Of a stretch of DNA of 64,000 nt, positions 20,440-31,344 are shown in pieces. Both the position numbers and the translations under genes were made by a program. This stretch comes from an uncultured delta proteobacterium (GTDB lineage Bacteria > Myxococcota_A > Polyangia > Polyangiales > Polyangiaceae): assembly GCA_963782055.1 (NCBI GenBank), contig CAWAIF010000003.1, positions 4,000,001-4,064,000 of the forward strand, in the 5' to 3' direction. Each line of letters opens with the position of its first letter. The stretch's first letter is position 1. The notes under the pieces were generated by a model. It made no database searches. It worked only from the letters and a program-made list of their open reading frames with translations, and was not told where the DNA came from.

Positions 20440-20826
20440 ATGCACGACCAGGATTTCGCGATCGTCCGCGCTCTCGTCCCTGTCGCCTGGGCCGACGGTG
20501 AGTTTGCCGAGCGGGAGAAGGAGACCATCGAGGCGCTCCTCGACGCCTTCGGCGCCGACGACGTCGAGAAGGAGAAGATCCGCGCCTTCGCCGCGGAGCC
20601 GCGCTCCCTCGACGACATCAGCCTGCAGGAGCTCTCCGCCGACGACAGGCGGGTGCTGCTCCAGCACGCGGTGCTCCTCTCCTTCGCCGACGGCGATCAG
20701 GACGACAAGGAGCGCGCCTTCCTGGACAAGCTGGCCGAGCGCCTGAAGGTCCCCGCCGACGAGGCGAAGGCCCTGATGACAGCCTCCGCCGAGCGCGCGA
20801 AGAAGTACCTCGACCTGCTCAAGTGA
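20440..20826 (+). CDS. TerB-family (tellurite resistance-like) protein
   Basis: Duplicated AWADGEFAERE / SFADGDQDDKE motifs. Confidence 0.8.
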   Translation: MHDQDFAIVRALVPVAWADGEFAEREKETIEALLDAFGADDVEKEKIRAFAAEPRSLDDISLQELSADDRRVLLQHAVLLSFADGDQDDKERAFLDKLAERLKVPADEAKALMTASAERAKKYLDLLK

Positions 20827-21202
20827 CCTCACCCGGCTGGCGCCGGGAGAGGGACTCGATCTCCTTGAGGAGCGCGGTGGGGCTGAAGGGCTTCGTGTAG
20901 TAGGCGCTCGCGCCTGCCGCGAGGGCGCGCTCCTTCGACTGGGCGTCGTCCATCGCGCTGATGATGAGGATCGGCACGGCCTTGGTGAGCGGCTCGGCGC
21001 GCAGCCGGGTGCAGACCTCGAAGCCATCGAAGGAGCCGGGGAGGTTGAGATCGAGCAGGATGACGTCCGGGACGCGCGCTCGCGCCGCCTCCAGGCCGCG
21101 CGCGCCGGAGGGCACCGCGACGACCTCGTGGCCGCGGCCGGCCACCAGCGCTTCGATCATCTTCCGGATGGAGTCGGAGTCTTCGACGATGAGGATCCGC
21201 AT
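20819..21202 (-). CDS. single-domain response regulator (receiver)
   Basis: ILIVED, ILLDLNLP, ISA and YTKPF motifs; phosphoacceptor Asp intact. Confidence 0.93.
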   Translation of the reverse strand: MRILIVEDSDSIRKMIEALVAGRGHEVVAVPSGARGLEAARARVPDVILLDLNLPGSFDGFEVCTRLRAEPLTKAVPILIISAMDDAQSKERALAAGASAYYTKPFSPTALLKEIESLSRRQPGEVT

Positions 21203-21252
21203 CTGGGACGGAGTCTACACGGTTACGGTGTGCTTGGGAGCGAACGCTCCGG

Positions 21253-22617
21253 TCAGCGGGTGAAGGTGACGCTGGCGCGGAGCCCGCCGCCCGGGGCGTC
21301 GGTCACCTCGAAGGTGGCGCCCTGCCACGAGGCGAGCGCGGCGGCGACGTAGAGCGGGATGCTGGTGGGGCGTCCGTAGGTGCCAGGCTCGAGCTCCAGC
21401 GCGACGAAGTCCCGGCGCGCCGTGGCCGGGAGGGTCGGGCCGGCGTCGTCGATGACCAGCTTGGGACCGGACTCGCCGCCCAGCACGCGCAGCACGACCT
21501 CGCTCCCGCGCGGGGAGGCGGCGATCGCTTGACCTATCAACTGTTGCACCAGCGTGGAGGTCGCGCGCGGCGCGCCGCGGGCGTAGATGGGATCGCGCCC
21601 CGCCTCCTCGAAGCGCAGGGTGACGCCGGCGCGCTCGGCGCGAGCGGAGAGATCGCCCACCCAGCGGGAGACGATCTCCACCAGGTCCACCGGGCCGGGC
21701 AGCTCCTGCGGGTCCAGGCTGCCGATGGCGCCCAGCAGGTTCACGAACTCCTGCGTCTGCGAGAGGCCCTTGCGCGCCGTCTCCAGGCGCCCGTCCGGCT
21801 CGGTGCGGGCCTTGGCCACGGCGGCGACCTCCCGCGCGACGGGGACGAGGAGCGAGCGCAGCTCCGCCGCGACGCCGCCGAGCAGCCGCACCAGCACCGC
21901 CACGCGCTCGACGGTGTCGGTGCTGGCGAGCGGCGGGGGGAAGGTGGAGGGGTGCGCCGGCTCGTCGGAGGGGGAGAGCGCCTGCGCGAGCTCCCGCGCG
22001 TACGCCTCGCCCTGCTTGCGGGCCTCGTCCAGCTCCTTCTGGAGGTTCTCGCGCTCCTTGCGCTCGGAGTCGGCGGGGAGACTGACGATCTCCATGCCGC
22101 CTTCCAGGTCCAGCCGGCCGCCGTAGCGGATCGCCATGCGGGAGACCCAGGCGCGCTCGGCGGCGGCGGTGGCGCTGGAGTCCGGGCCGAGGACCACGCT
22201 GACCTTCACGATGTCCTCGTCGCGCTTGATGCTCAGCTGCGATTCGGTGCCGCTGCCGTGGCCGACGAGCAGCTGCAGCATGCGACGCAGCTCGGCCTCG
22301 TCGCCGAAGACCTCGGTGCCGCTACCCGGCTCGATGGAGACGCGTGCCTCGGGGGCGATCTCCCAGAGCAGGGCGGCGAGGTCCACGCGGCCGCGCCGGC
22401 CGCCGACGCGCAGCGGCTTGTTGTGCAGGGTGGAGAGCATGCGCATGGCGTCGTCGAGCGCGTCCAGCGTGGCGTCCACGCCGCCGCCCTCGGGGTCGGC
22501 CGGGGGTGGGTTGGTCTTGAGGACCTGGACGCCCACGCGCAGGCGCTCGGCGGCGCCCTGCGCCTCCTGCGTGAGCAGCCAACCCAATTCTTGACGTGTC
22601 AACCGACCCTTGGACAC
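21253..22617 (-). CDS. degenerate tandem histidine-kinase-like protein
   Basis: GDEAELRRMLQLL, GVAAELRSLL (H to A), QQLIGQAIAAS (no Asn), IDDAGP and PGGGLRASVTF motifs. Confidence 0.7.
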   Translation of the reverse strand: MSKGRLTRQELGWLLTQEAQGAAERLRVGVQVLKTNPPPADPEGGGVDATLDALDDAMRMLSTLHNKPLRVGGRRGRVDLAALLWEIAPEARVSIEPGSGTEVFGDEAELRRMLQLLVGHGSGTESQLSIKRDEDIVKVSVVLGPDSSATAAAERAWVSRMAIRYGGRLDLEGGMEIVSLPADSERKERENLQKELDEARKQGEAYARELAQALSPSDEPAHPSTFPPPLASTDTVERVAVLVRLLGGVAAELRSLLVPVAREVAAVAKARTEPDGRLETARKGLSQTQEFVNLLGAIGSLDPQELPGPVDLVEIVSRWVGDLSARAERAGVTLRFEEAGRDPIYARGAPRATSTLVQQLIGQAIAASPRGSEVVLRVLGGESGPKLVIDDAGPTLPATARRDFVALELEPGTYGRPTSIPLYVAAALASWQGATFEVTDAPGGGLRASVTFTR

Positions 22618-22731
22618 CCGTGCACCTGAGGGCTCAGGATACGCAAAGCCAGGCCGGAAGCGAGCGCGATTGCGCGAGGGGTCGAGCTGCCCCTGCGGGC
22701 GGTGGGCCGGGGCGGTGCTACGCTCACGGTC

Positions 22732-23049
22732 GTGCTGAACGAACGACGCGCCCGGTCCGTGCGCTACGACGCCTCCACCGACACCTACCTCCTCGGCCTC
22801 GACCCCTCCGGGGACGCCCTGCCCAACCGGTCGCGACGCCCCGCCACGCTGCTGCTGGACGTCCAGGGCCACCTGGTGGGCGTGGACCTGGGCGGCGAGG
22901 GCCTCGCGCGGACGGTGGTGATGCTGGGCGCCCACGAGTCGGTCCACTCGCAGCGCGAGGCGGAGGTGGAGGTCTCCGGCGGGGAGGTGCGCGTCGTTGG
23001 CGCGCGCGCCCTGCTGCCCGTGGGCGAGCTCAACCCCTACGCGTCCTAG
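22732..23049 (+). CDS. small hypothetical protein
   Basis: Coding-like frame (VRYDASTDTYLL, LLLDVQGHLVGVDL); GTG 7 nt after TGC-TACGCT. Confidence 0.6.
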   Translation: MLNERRARSVRYDASTDTYLLGLDPSGDALPNRSRRPATLLLDVQGHLVGVDLGGEGLARTVVMLGAHESVHSQREAEVEVSGGEVRVVGARALLPVGELNPYAS

Positions 23050-23071
23050 CGCGGCCCCGGGGCGCGGCGGG

Positions 23072-24442
23072 TCAGCGTCGCGACGAGGTCGTGGCGCGCG
23101 TGCGTGAGCGCTCGCTCCCTCGCTCCCGCACGACGAGCACGTCGTCGGTGGGGAGGGTGCGCGGGACGCTGACGCGGATGGGCCGCTTGAAGGAGCGCGG
23201 GTCGCCGATCTCGCCTGTCGCCACGGCGTAGGCGAGCGTCTCCGCGGACGCCACGATGCACGGGGGCGCCTTCGCCCCTTGCGGCTCCGCCTCCGCGGTG
23301 CGCAGCGACACGCCGCCGGGTGGCGGGGGGTAGAGCTCGCCGGTCATCACGCGACGGTCCGGCTCGATGATGCGCGCGCCGGTCGCGACCAGGTCGGTGA
23401 GCGCGCCTTCCAGGGCGAGCACCTCCAGCATCTGCCGCGTGGGGACGGCCAGGAGCAGATCGACGCGCGCCGGGACGCGCTTGGACTTGAGCAGCAGCGC
23501 GGCGGCGAGCAGATCGCGCAGGGTGACGCCGCTGTCTCCACCGAGCAGCACCTGCGACACCGGCTTGCCCGCCAGATCGCGGACGGTGCGCACCGCGCCG
23601 GTCTCGTCCTGCAGCAGCGGGTCGACGGCGGCGAGGTCGACGTGCAGCACCTCGGCGAAGGGCGCGCCGGCGTCCGGGGCGAGGGCGCGGTGCGCCTTGG
23701 AGCGGCGCTGATCGCGCAGGAAGACCTCGGTGCGCTCGTCGCTGAGGAAGATGGCGCCGACGGCGCCGAGCTGGGGGGCGACCCCCGCCAGCACCGCGCG
23801 CTCGCCCACCGAGAGCAGGCGCGCGCTCGGCCCGCCGAACTCGACGATCACCGGTGCGCCGCTGTCGCGCTCCACGCGCCGCACCGCGTCCGCCAGGCCG
23901 CGCCGCAACAGCTCGAGCGACACGTCGCGCGCGCACACGAAGGGCCGCATCCGTCCGGTGAGCAGCACGTGGACGCTGCGGGGCGGTCGCAGGGTCACCT
24001 TCCCGTGGACGAGCGCCTGCCCGAGCTGCGCGGGCGGCACGACCAGGGTCACCATGCCGATGCCGCCGACGGGCATCAGGCGTGGGTCGTCGGTGACGCA
24101 GAGCCGCGCGGGGCTGGCGAACCGCTCGAGGTGCACCGGCGCCGGGAAGCCCACGCCGGGCCGTCCGACGAGCATGCCGTGGGGGAGCATGGCCTCCAGC
24201 CCCGTCGCCGGAGCCGAGCCGTCGGTCACGCAGCGGCCATCGTAGGCGATGGCGAGCTCCACCGCCGCCTTCTTCATCCCCTGCGAGAGGGCGTCGGCGA
24301 AGGCCCGCTCCGGCGCGCGCGCCAGCACGACCTGATCGACCTCCACCTCGACGCGGTCGCCGGAGAGGTTCGGGTCCGCGGCTCGCCCCGCGAGTACTTT
24401 CTGGGCCATCGTGCGGGGCGGGTCCCCTGCTTTGGCGCGCAT
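23072..24442 (-). CDS. aconitase/LeuC large-subunit homologue lacking Fe-S ligands
   Basis: TMAQKVL, VEVDQV, VEFGGP, LSVGER, PDAGA, ASAETLAYAVATGEIGDPR; GSCTN and CxxC positions replaced. Confidence 0.8.
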   Translation of the reverse strand: MRAKAGDPPRTMAQKVLAGRAADPNLSGDRVEVEVDQVVLARAPERAFADALSQGMKKAAVELAIAYDGRCVTDGSAPATGLEAMLPHGMLVGRPGVGFPAPVHLERFASPARLCVTDDPRLMPVGGIGMVTLVVPPAQLGQALVHGKVTLRPPRSVHVLLTGRMRPFVCARDVSLELLRRGLADAVRRVERDSGAPVIVEFGGPSARLLSVGERAVLAGVAPQLGAVGAIFLSDERTEVFLRDQRRSKAHRALAPDAGAPFAEVLHVDLAAVDPLLQDETGAVRTVRDLAGKPVSQVLLGGDSGVTLRDLLAAALLLKSKRVPARVDLLLAVPTRQMLEVLALEGALTDLVATGARIIEPDRRVMTGELYPPPPGGVSLRTAEAEPQGAKAPPCIVASAETLAYAVATGEIGDPRSFKRPIRVSVPRTLPTDDVLVVRERGSERSRTRATTSSRR

Positions 24443-24544
24443 GCTTGTCTTCGTCCCTCGAGGGGCGTCGCAGCCCTCGCTGCACGCCCGATGCGGCCCG
24501 TGACGGTAACGGGCGCGGGGCGAACGGGTCAAGGCGCCAAGTTG

Positions 24545-24574
24545 TTGACCCCGCCCATGGCGGCCCTCTACCCT
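24545..24574 (+). promoter_or_regulatory. sigma70-like promoter, probably leaderless
   Basis: TTGACC-N18-TACCCT, then 7 nt to the ATG at 24582. Confidence 0.6.
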
Positions 24575-24581
24575 TCCAGCC

Positions 24582-24938
24582 ATGTTCAAAGAAGCGCTCA
24601 AAGACCTCGTCGACCACGTCGATGGGGGGCTCGCGAGCCTGCTCATGGACTCGAGCGGCATCGCCCTTGAAAGCTACGCGAAGGAAGGAGCGCCCTTCGA
24701 CATCGACACCATCGGCGTCGAGTTCAGCGTCGTCATCGGCGCGATCAAGCGGGCGAGCGAGATGCTCGAGGCAGGCGACGCGCGCGAGATGGCGGTCGCG
24801 ACCGAGAAGATGATCACGCTCATCCGCATGGTGGGCGACGGCTACTTCCTCGCGCTGACGATGCAGCCCGACGGCAACTTCGGCAAGGGGCGCTACCTGA
24901 TGCGCACCGCCGTGCCGAAGCTCGCGCAGGACCTCTGA
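24582..24938 (+). CDS. roadblock/LC7 domain protein (MglB/MglC-like)
   Basis: VDGGLASLLMDSSGI and PDGNFGKGRYLMR motifs; located upstream of accB-accC like myxobacterial mglC. Confidence 0.8.
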   Translation: MFKEALKDLVDHVDGGLASLLMDSSGIALESYAKEGAPFDIDTIGVEFSVVIGAIKRASEMLEAGDAREMAVATEKMITLIRMVGDGYFLALTMQPDGNFGKGRYLMRTAVPKLAQDL

Positions 24939-24953
24939 CCGCAGGGGCCCCGC

Positions 24954-25397
24954 GTGCCGGCTCGCGTCCTGTGCATCTCCGGCCCCAACCTGCAGCTTCT
25001 GGGGACGCGTGAGCCGGAGGTGTACGGCCCGGAGACGCTGGCGCAGATCCACGGGCGCCTCGTCGCCCGCGGCAAGCAGCTCGGTGTGCGGGTGACCGTC
25101 CGGCAGTCCAACCACGAGGGACGCATCGTCGCCTGGCTGGGCGCGGCGCGCGGCTCCTACGACGGCCTGCTGCTCAACGCCGGCGGCTACACGCACACCT
25201 CGGTCTCCATCCTCGACGCGCTGCGCGCCTCCGGGTTGCCCTGCGTGGAGGTGCACCTCTCCAACCCGGAGGCCCGCGAGCCGTTCCGCCACGTCTCCAT
25301 TTTGGCTGCTGCGTGCGTGGGGAAGGTGTGCGGCTTCGGAGGCGAGAGCTACCTGCTCGCCCTCGAGGGGCTGGTCTCGCGCCTCGCGCGCGCGTAG
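24954..25397 (+). CDS. aroQ: type II 3-dehydroquinate dehydratase
   Basis: [31 protein letters not shown] and EVHLSN..AREPFRH motifs. Confidence 0.96.
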   Translation: MPARVLCISGPNLQLLGTREPEVYGPETLAQIHGRLVARGKQLGVRVTVRQSNHEGRIVAWLGAARGSYDGLLLNAGGYTHTSVSILDALRASGLPCVEVHLSNPEAREPFRHVSILAAACVGKVCGFGGESYLLALEGLVSRLARA

Positions 25398-25480
25398 CGC
25401 GGTTCGCAGCGAGACCTGCCCGGCCCGCGCCGTGGAATTGCTGCCCCCCGTCGCGGCCCCTTCGGCTACAGTGCCGCGCC

Positions 25481-25924
25481 GTGAGCTGGGACAACGACAC
25501 CATCCGCTCCTTGCTCGATCTACTCATCGAGAAGGATATCGCCGAGTTCGAGCACGAGGACGAAGGCGCGCGCATCAAGATCGTCCGCGGTGCCCGCGCC
25601 GTGGTCGCCCAAGCGCCCGTCCACGCGGCCCCCTCCCCCGCCGCGCCCGCCAGGGCGGCGGCGCAGGAGGAGACGCCCGCCGACGTGGTCGACGTGACCA
25701 GCCCGTTCGTCGGGACGTTCTACCGCGCGCCCAGCCCGGACACGCCCACCTTCGTGGAGATGGGCTCGGTGGTGCGCCCCGGGCAGAGCCTCTGCATCAT
25801 CGAGGCGATGAAGCTCATGAACGAGATCGAGGCGGAGTGCTCCGGCACCATCGTCGAGATCTTCGCGCAGAACGGCAAGGCCGTGGAGTTCGGCCAGAAG
25901 CTCTTCCGCATCAAGAAAGCCTGA
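25481..25924 (+). CDS. accB: acetyl-CoA carboxylase biotin carboxyl carrier protein
   Basis: [13 protein letters not shown] and EAMKLMNEI biotinyl motif. Confidence 0.96.
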   Translation: MSWDNDTIRSLLDLLIEKDIAEFEHEDEGARIKIVRGARAVVAQAPVHAAPSPAAPARAAAQEETPADVVDVTSPFVGTFYRAPSPDTPTFVEMGSVVRPGQSLCIIEAMKLMNEIEAECSGTIVEIFAQNGKAVEFGQKLFRIKKA

Positions 25925-25941
25925 CCCTTTCGTTTCGGCCG

Positions 25942-27303
<1,362 letters not shown>

Positions 27304-27367
27304 GTCGCGCTCGAAGGGCTGGTCGTTCGCGCCCGGCCCCTCAGGCCCGTAGCGCGCGACCCCGACG

Positions 27368-28681
27368 CTAGTTGCCCTCCCAGCGGAGGCTCTCGCCCTG
27401 CACGCCGGCGATCTTCTGCTGGTTCATCCCGGAGGTGTTGCTCGTGAACAGGCCGCCGCCGCTGCGCGTGGAGAAGAAGGCCACCAGCCGCCCGTCGGGC
27501 GAGCACGCCGGGTAGGTGTTGGACCCCTGGTTCTGCGTGAGGCGCTTCATGCCGCTGCCGTCGGGGTTGACGCTGAAGATGTCCCACGTCCCGCCGTCCC
27601 GGCCCATGAAGAGGATCTTGGTGCCGTTCTCCGGATCGTTGCACCACACCGGCGCCATGTTGTACGTCCCGCGCGAGCTGACGCGCTTGCCCGCGACGTA
27701 GATCTGCGGATTGCCGCTGTGGTTGGAGACGTACGCGAGCTGCCCGCCCGGGCCGAAGGCGGGGTGCGTGTTCAGCCCGCCCGTCGTCGTGCGCGCGAGG
27801 TTGCTGCCATCGGAGGCGCCCACCCAGATGTCGCTCTGGCCGCTCTGCGAGATGACCAGCGCCATCTTCCCCGCGCCGAAGGCCACGCCGAAGATGAGGC
27901 CGGCCTTGCGCACGACGGGCGCCGGCGTGCCCACCTTGAAGAGGGCGTAGCTGCCGTCGGGCATGCCACCGGCGTAGTAGACGCCGCCGGGGCCGATGGC
28001 GGGGGCGAGGGCGACGTTGGTGGACGCGTGGAGGCGACCCAGGCCCGCGCCGTCACTCTCGACGGTGAAGATGCCCTTCTGGCCGCGGCCGGTGGTGGCG
28101 GAGAACACCAGCCGCGTGCCGAAGCTGGACGCCGTGCCGGTGAACCACTTGATGACCTCGTTGACGAACTTGTGCACCGCGACGCGCACGCCGCCGGCGG
28201 GGACGTCGTAGTCACGCTTGAGCACCGCGCCGGCGCCGCGCGAGACGACGAAGAGGCGAAGCTCCACGTGGAGCGTCGAGCCCCGGACGGCGGTGAAGCC
28301 CTTGATCACCCCCTCCGCCCCGACGTTGCGCCACGAGCTCGGGTCGATGGAGTTCTCGCCCTCGACGCCCAGGTTGGCGGTGAAGCTCTTCGGATCGAGC
28401 ACCTGGAACATGCTGGAGAGCACGAAGTCGCGGCTCTCGATCTCCACGCCCTTCTTGCCGCTCCCGGCGTCCCCGCCCCAGTCGGGCAGGGCGATCTTGA
28501 ACAGGGAGCGGTTGCCGCCGGAGACGACGATCTGCGTGACCGCGCCGCCGGTGGGCTGCGTGGCGGTGGGGAGCGCGCTCGGCGCTGCGGCGGGCTGCTG
28601 GGCGCGCGCCGGGGCGGCGACCGAGAGGGCCCAGGCGCCGAGGGCGGCCAGCAAGATCGGGGCGAGCTTTCTTACCTGCAT
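27368..28681 (-). CDS. tolB: TolB family beta-propeller protein
   Basis: Signal peptide, TolB N-domain and PD40-like repeats (AYVS...GNPQIY, RLT...SNTYPACSPDG). Confidence 0.85.
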   Translation of the reverse strand: MQVRKLAPILLAALGAWALSVAAPARAQQPAAAPSALPTATQPTGGAVTQIVVSGGNRSLFKIALPDWGGDAGSGKKGVEIESRDFVLSSMFQVLDPKSFTANLGVEGENSIDPSSWRNVGAEGVIKGFTAVRGSTLHVELRLFVVSRGAGAVLKRDYDVPAGGVRVAVHKFVNEVIKWFTGTASSFGTRLVFSATTGRGQKGIFTVESDGAGLGRLHASTNVALAPAIGPGGVYYAGGMPDGSYALFKVGTPAPVVRKAGLIFGVAFGAGKMALVISQSGQSDIWVGASDGSNLARTTTGGLNTHPAFGPGGQLAYVSNHSGNPQIYVAGKRVSSRGTYNMAPVWCNDPENGTKILFMGRDGGTWDIFSVNPDGSGMKRLTQNQGSNTYPACSPDGRLVAFFSTRSGGGLFTSNTSGMNQQKIAGVQGESLRWEGN

Positions 28682-29466
28682 CGTGAGGTGTCTCCGTGCA
28701 TATCACCAGCGAGGGCGATGTTCACCGTACGACCGGCGAACTGATCCGCCACCTCCGGTGGAGGCTCCGGCAAGGTGGTGCGTTCGTCCAGCAGCTTTTG
28801 CAGCATCGATCGGGCGGAGTCGTCGAAGAGGTCGTTCCCGCTCTTGCGGATGGGCATCTCGCGCAGGTGCCAGACGAACATGCGCGGGCTGATGTTGACC
28901 TGGTAGACGACGCAGAGCTTCGAGGCGTCCGCCTGCGAGATGACGGTCGGGATCTGCCAGCGCTGGTGGAAGAAGGCGCCGAGCTTGGCGGCGTACATGT
29001 CGCCCGCGTGGACCTTGCTCGGGTCGGTCTCGGTGCCGCCGTCGATGCCCTCCGGGCTGCCCTGATCCGGAGGGGGCGGGCCGCCGTCCTCGGCGAAGGG
29101 GTCGTTCTTGGCGAAGCGCTGCGTCTGGTCCGACTCCTTGGCGTCCGGCGGAGGCGCGCCGGCGTCCGGAGGCGGGGGCTTGGGGTTATCGCGCGAGACG
29201 TTGATCTGGTGCTTGGGCGCCGTGTTGTGGTGCGGCACCAGCCGGTCGGGGAGCTGGTTGGGGTCCAGGGGCTTGCCGAGCTTGAGGAGGTTGGCCGCGA
29301 TGACGGGCGTCGCGACCGCGGCCTTGTCGTCTTCGTCGGACGAGAGCGGGTGCACGATGTTCATCACCACCAGGAGCGCGGGGATCGCGTGCAGCGCCAC
29401 GGCCAGCGCCACGCCGACGGCGATCTCGTCTCCCGAGTAGTGGGGCATCACTAGCTTGGACGGCAC
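28672..29466 (-). CDS. TolA/TonB C-terminal domain protein
   Basis: TM with ALH, Pro-rich linker, WQIP and KSGNDLFDDSA motifs; lies between tolR and tolB. Confidence 0.8.
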   Translation of the reverse strand: MPSKLVMPHYSGDEIAVGVALAVALHAIPALLVVMNIVHPLSSDEDDKAAVATPVIAANLLKLGKPLDPNQLPDRLVPHHNTAPKHQINVSRDNPKPPPPDAGAPPPDAKESDQTQRFAKNDPFAEDGGPPPPDQGSPEGIDGGTETDPSKVHAGDMYAAKLGAFFHQRWQIPTVISQADASKLCVVYQVNISPRMFVWHLREMPIRKSGNDLFDDSARSMLQKLLDERTTLPEPPPEVADQFAGRTVNIALAGDMHGDTSRCR

Positions 29467-29476
29467 GGGGCTTGTT

Positions 29477-29902
29477 CTACTTCACGATGAGCGGGTCGGT
29501 TACCATTCCGAGCTTCTCCACCCCGGCCGTACGGGCCGCGGCCATGACGCGGAGCACGGCGCCGTACTTCACGTTCTCGTCGGCCTGGATGTAGAGCTCC
29601 TTCTGTTCCTGGAGCTTGGCGTTGGTCTTGAGCTTCGTCTCGACGTCGCCGGTGATCTCGTCCTTGCCCAGATAGACGTGCTCGTCGCTCGTGATGATCA
29701 CCATGAGCTTCGTGTCGTCCGTGGGCATGGGCGCGCTCTTGACCTTGGGGAGGTCCACGGTGACGCCCGTCGTGAGCAGCGGCGCGGTCACCATGAAGAT
29801 GACCAGCAAGACCAGCATCACGTCGATGAGGGGCGTGACGTTGATCTCGTTCATCCCGCCGAGGCGCTTGCCGCGCCTGCCCGCCGCGACGCCGGCGCCC
29901 AC
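29477..29902 (-). CDS. tolR: TolR/ExbD family protein
   Basis: EINVTPLIDVMLVLLVIFMVTAP and ADENVKYG motifs. Confidence 0.92.
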   Translation of the reverse strand: MGAGVAAGRRGKRLGGMNEINVTPLIDVMLVLLVIFMVTAPLLTTGVTVDLPKVKSAPMPTDDTKLMVIITSDEHVYLGKDEITGDVETKLKTNAKLQEQKELYIQADENVKYGAVLRVMAAARTAGVEKLGMVTDPLIVK

Positions 29903-29903
29903 G

Positions 29904-30671
29904 CTACACCCCCCCGAGCCTCGCGCGGGCGGCGACGTCGGCCGCGAACCCCTCGAGGGTGTCGGCGAGCACCTGCACGCGACGCGCGAAGTAGTTGTAC
30001 GCCATGACCGCAGGGATGGCCGCGACGAGACCGATCGCGGTCGCGATGAGGGCCTCGGCGATCTTTGGCGCGACCACCGGGAGGTTGGCGTTCTGCTGGT
30101 TCCCGATGCTCAAGAACGCGTCCATGATGCCGTAGACCGTGCCGAAGAGGCCGATGAACGGCGAGGTCGAGCCGATGGTGCCGAGCACGCTCATCCACGA
30201 CTCCAGGTGCGCCACTTCCCTCGCGGCCGCGCGGCGCGTCGCGCTCTCCACGTGCGTGCTCTGCGCGTCGTCGAGGCGCGCCATCACCCCGCCGGTGAGC
30301 CGGCGCATCTCGTCGTAGCCGACGGCGAAGATCCGCGCGAGCGGCGAGCCGCGGAACTCGGCGATGCCCTGGGCCATGGCGTCGAAGCCCACCGCCCCGT
30401 CGAACGCCTTCATGAAGCGGGTGGTCTCCATCTTGGCGCGAGTGAGGTGCAGCGCCTTCGCGCCGATCACCAGCCAGCACGCCACCGAGAAGGCGACGAG
30501 CACCAGGAGGACGATCTTGACCGGCACCGACGCGTTGAGAACGAGCTGCGTCGGGTCGAGCTTGGGGTGATCGGAAGCGTCCGGCCCCACCTGCAAGGCG
30601 AGCGAGCCGAGCGACCCCGTGAGGGAGTGGAGCGAGAAAGCGGAGCCCGTAGCGAAGAACACGTCGCGCAT
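29904..30671 (-). CDS. tolQ: TolQ/ExbB family protein
   Basis: SPFIGLFGTVYGIMDAF and VAPKIAEALIATAIGLVAAIPAVMAYN motifs. Confidence 0.93.
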   Translation of the reverse strand: MRDVFFATGSAFSLHSLTGSLGSLALQVGPDASDHPKLDPTQLVLNASVPVKIVLLVLVAFSVACWLVIGAKALHLTRAKMETTRFMKAFDGAVGFDAMAQGIAEFRGSPLARIFAVGYDEMRRLTGGVMARLDDAQSTHVESATRRAAAREVAHLESWMSVLGTIGSTSPFIGLFGTVYGIMDAFLSIGNQQNANLPVVAPKIAEALIATAIGLVAAIPAVMAYNYFARRVQVLADTLEGFAADVAARARLGGV

Positions 30672-30847
30672 GGCGCGTCACGATTACCCGGAACCCGGCC
30701 CGGTGTCACGGCCCCCGTGCCCGCCGGCGCGGCGTCGCCTGGTCCGTCGCGTGGGACACGCGGCGTTCTTCCCCGGCGCGGCCGCCGAGCACCGAAGGGG
30801 GCTCGTGCTTCCGGCCCCGCCGCGTGGTATGCGCGGGGTCCGGACCG

Positions 30848-31294
30848 ATGCGCGCTCCCCTCGCCCTCCTCCTCTTGCTCGTCCTGGCCGCCTGCAGCAG
30901 CACCACGTCCACCTCGTCGGTGGTGGTGCCGACGGGCATCGTCGTCTCGGCGGACGATGTGGTCGGCGGGCGCGGCTGCGGCGCCGCCAGCGGCCAGGTC
31001 TACAAGTACGTCGCCGCCATCGCCACGCGGGACGCGCCGCAGCAGGTGCTCGGCGCCGAGGTGTACGACTGCTTCGCCGACGCGACCTTCGTCAACCTGA
31101 CCGACGCCACCAGCGACTACACCGTGACGGTGCTCGCCTTCGACGCGGCGAGCTACCAGGCGAACCAGGACGCCATCGAGGGCGAGCCGGGCGCCATCGA
31201 CGCCCTCGCCCCCTCCGCCCGGTGGAAGACGACGTGTGACGCCACGCTCTCGCCCAACGTGCAGGTGCTGGCAGCCTGCGCGCCCCTGCAATGA
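30848..31294 (+). CDS. hypothetical lipoprotein
   Basis: LAAC lipobox; four further Cys. Confidence 0.7.
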   Translation: MRAPLALLLLLVLAACSSTTSTSSVVVPTGIVVSADDVVGGRGCGAASGQVYKYVAAIATRDAPQQVLGAEVYDCFADATFVNLTDATSDYTVTVLAFDAASYQANQDAIEGEPGAIDALAPSARWKTTCDATLSPNVQVLAACAPLQ

Positions 31295-31309
31295 ACGCGC
31301 GCGCGCAGC

Positions 31310-31338
31310 TTGCGTGAGCAATCCGCCGACCCTACGCT
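31310..31338 (+). promoter_or_regulatory. sigma70-like promoter, probably leaderless
   Basis: TTGCGT-N17-TACGCT, then 6 nt to the ATG at 31345. Confidence 0.5.
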
Positions 31339-31344
31339 ACGAGC

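Noticed and set aside
16984..20826. Toxin-antitoxin or ter-type defence island (Fic plus TerB)
   Set aside because: No antitoxin, other ter genes, mobility genes or compositional shift; the genes are embedded with recN and hisF
27368..30671. Agl/Glt gliding motor cluster
   Set aside because: A single TolR plus TolA-like and TolB genes in tolQRAB order fits the Tol system better; pal is simply not adjacent
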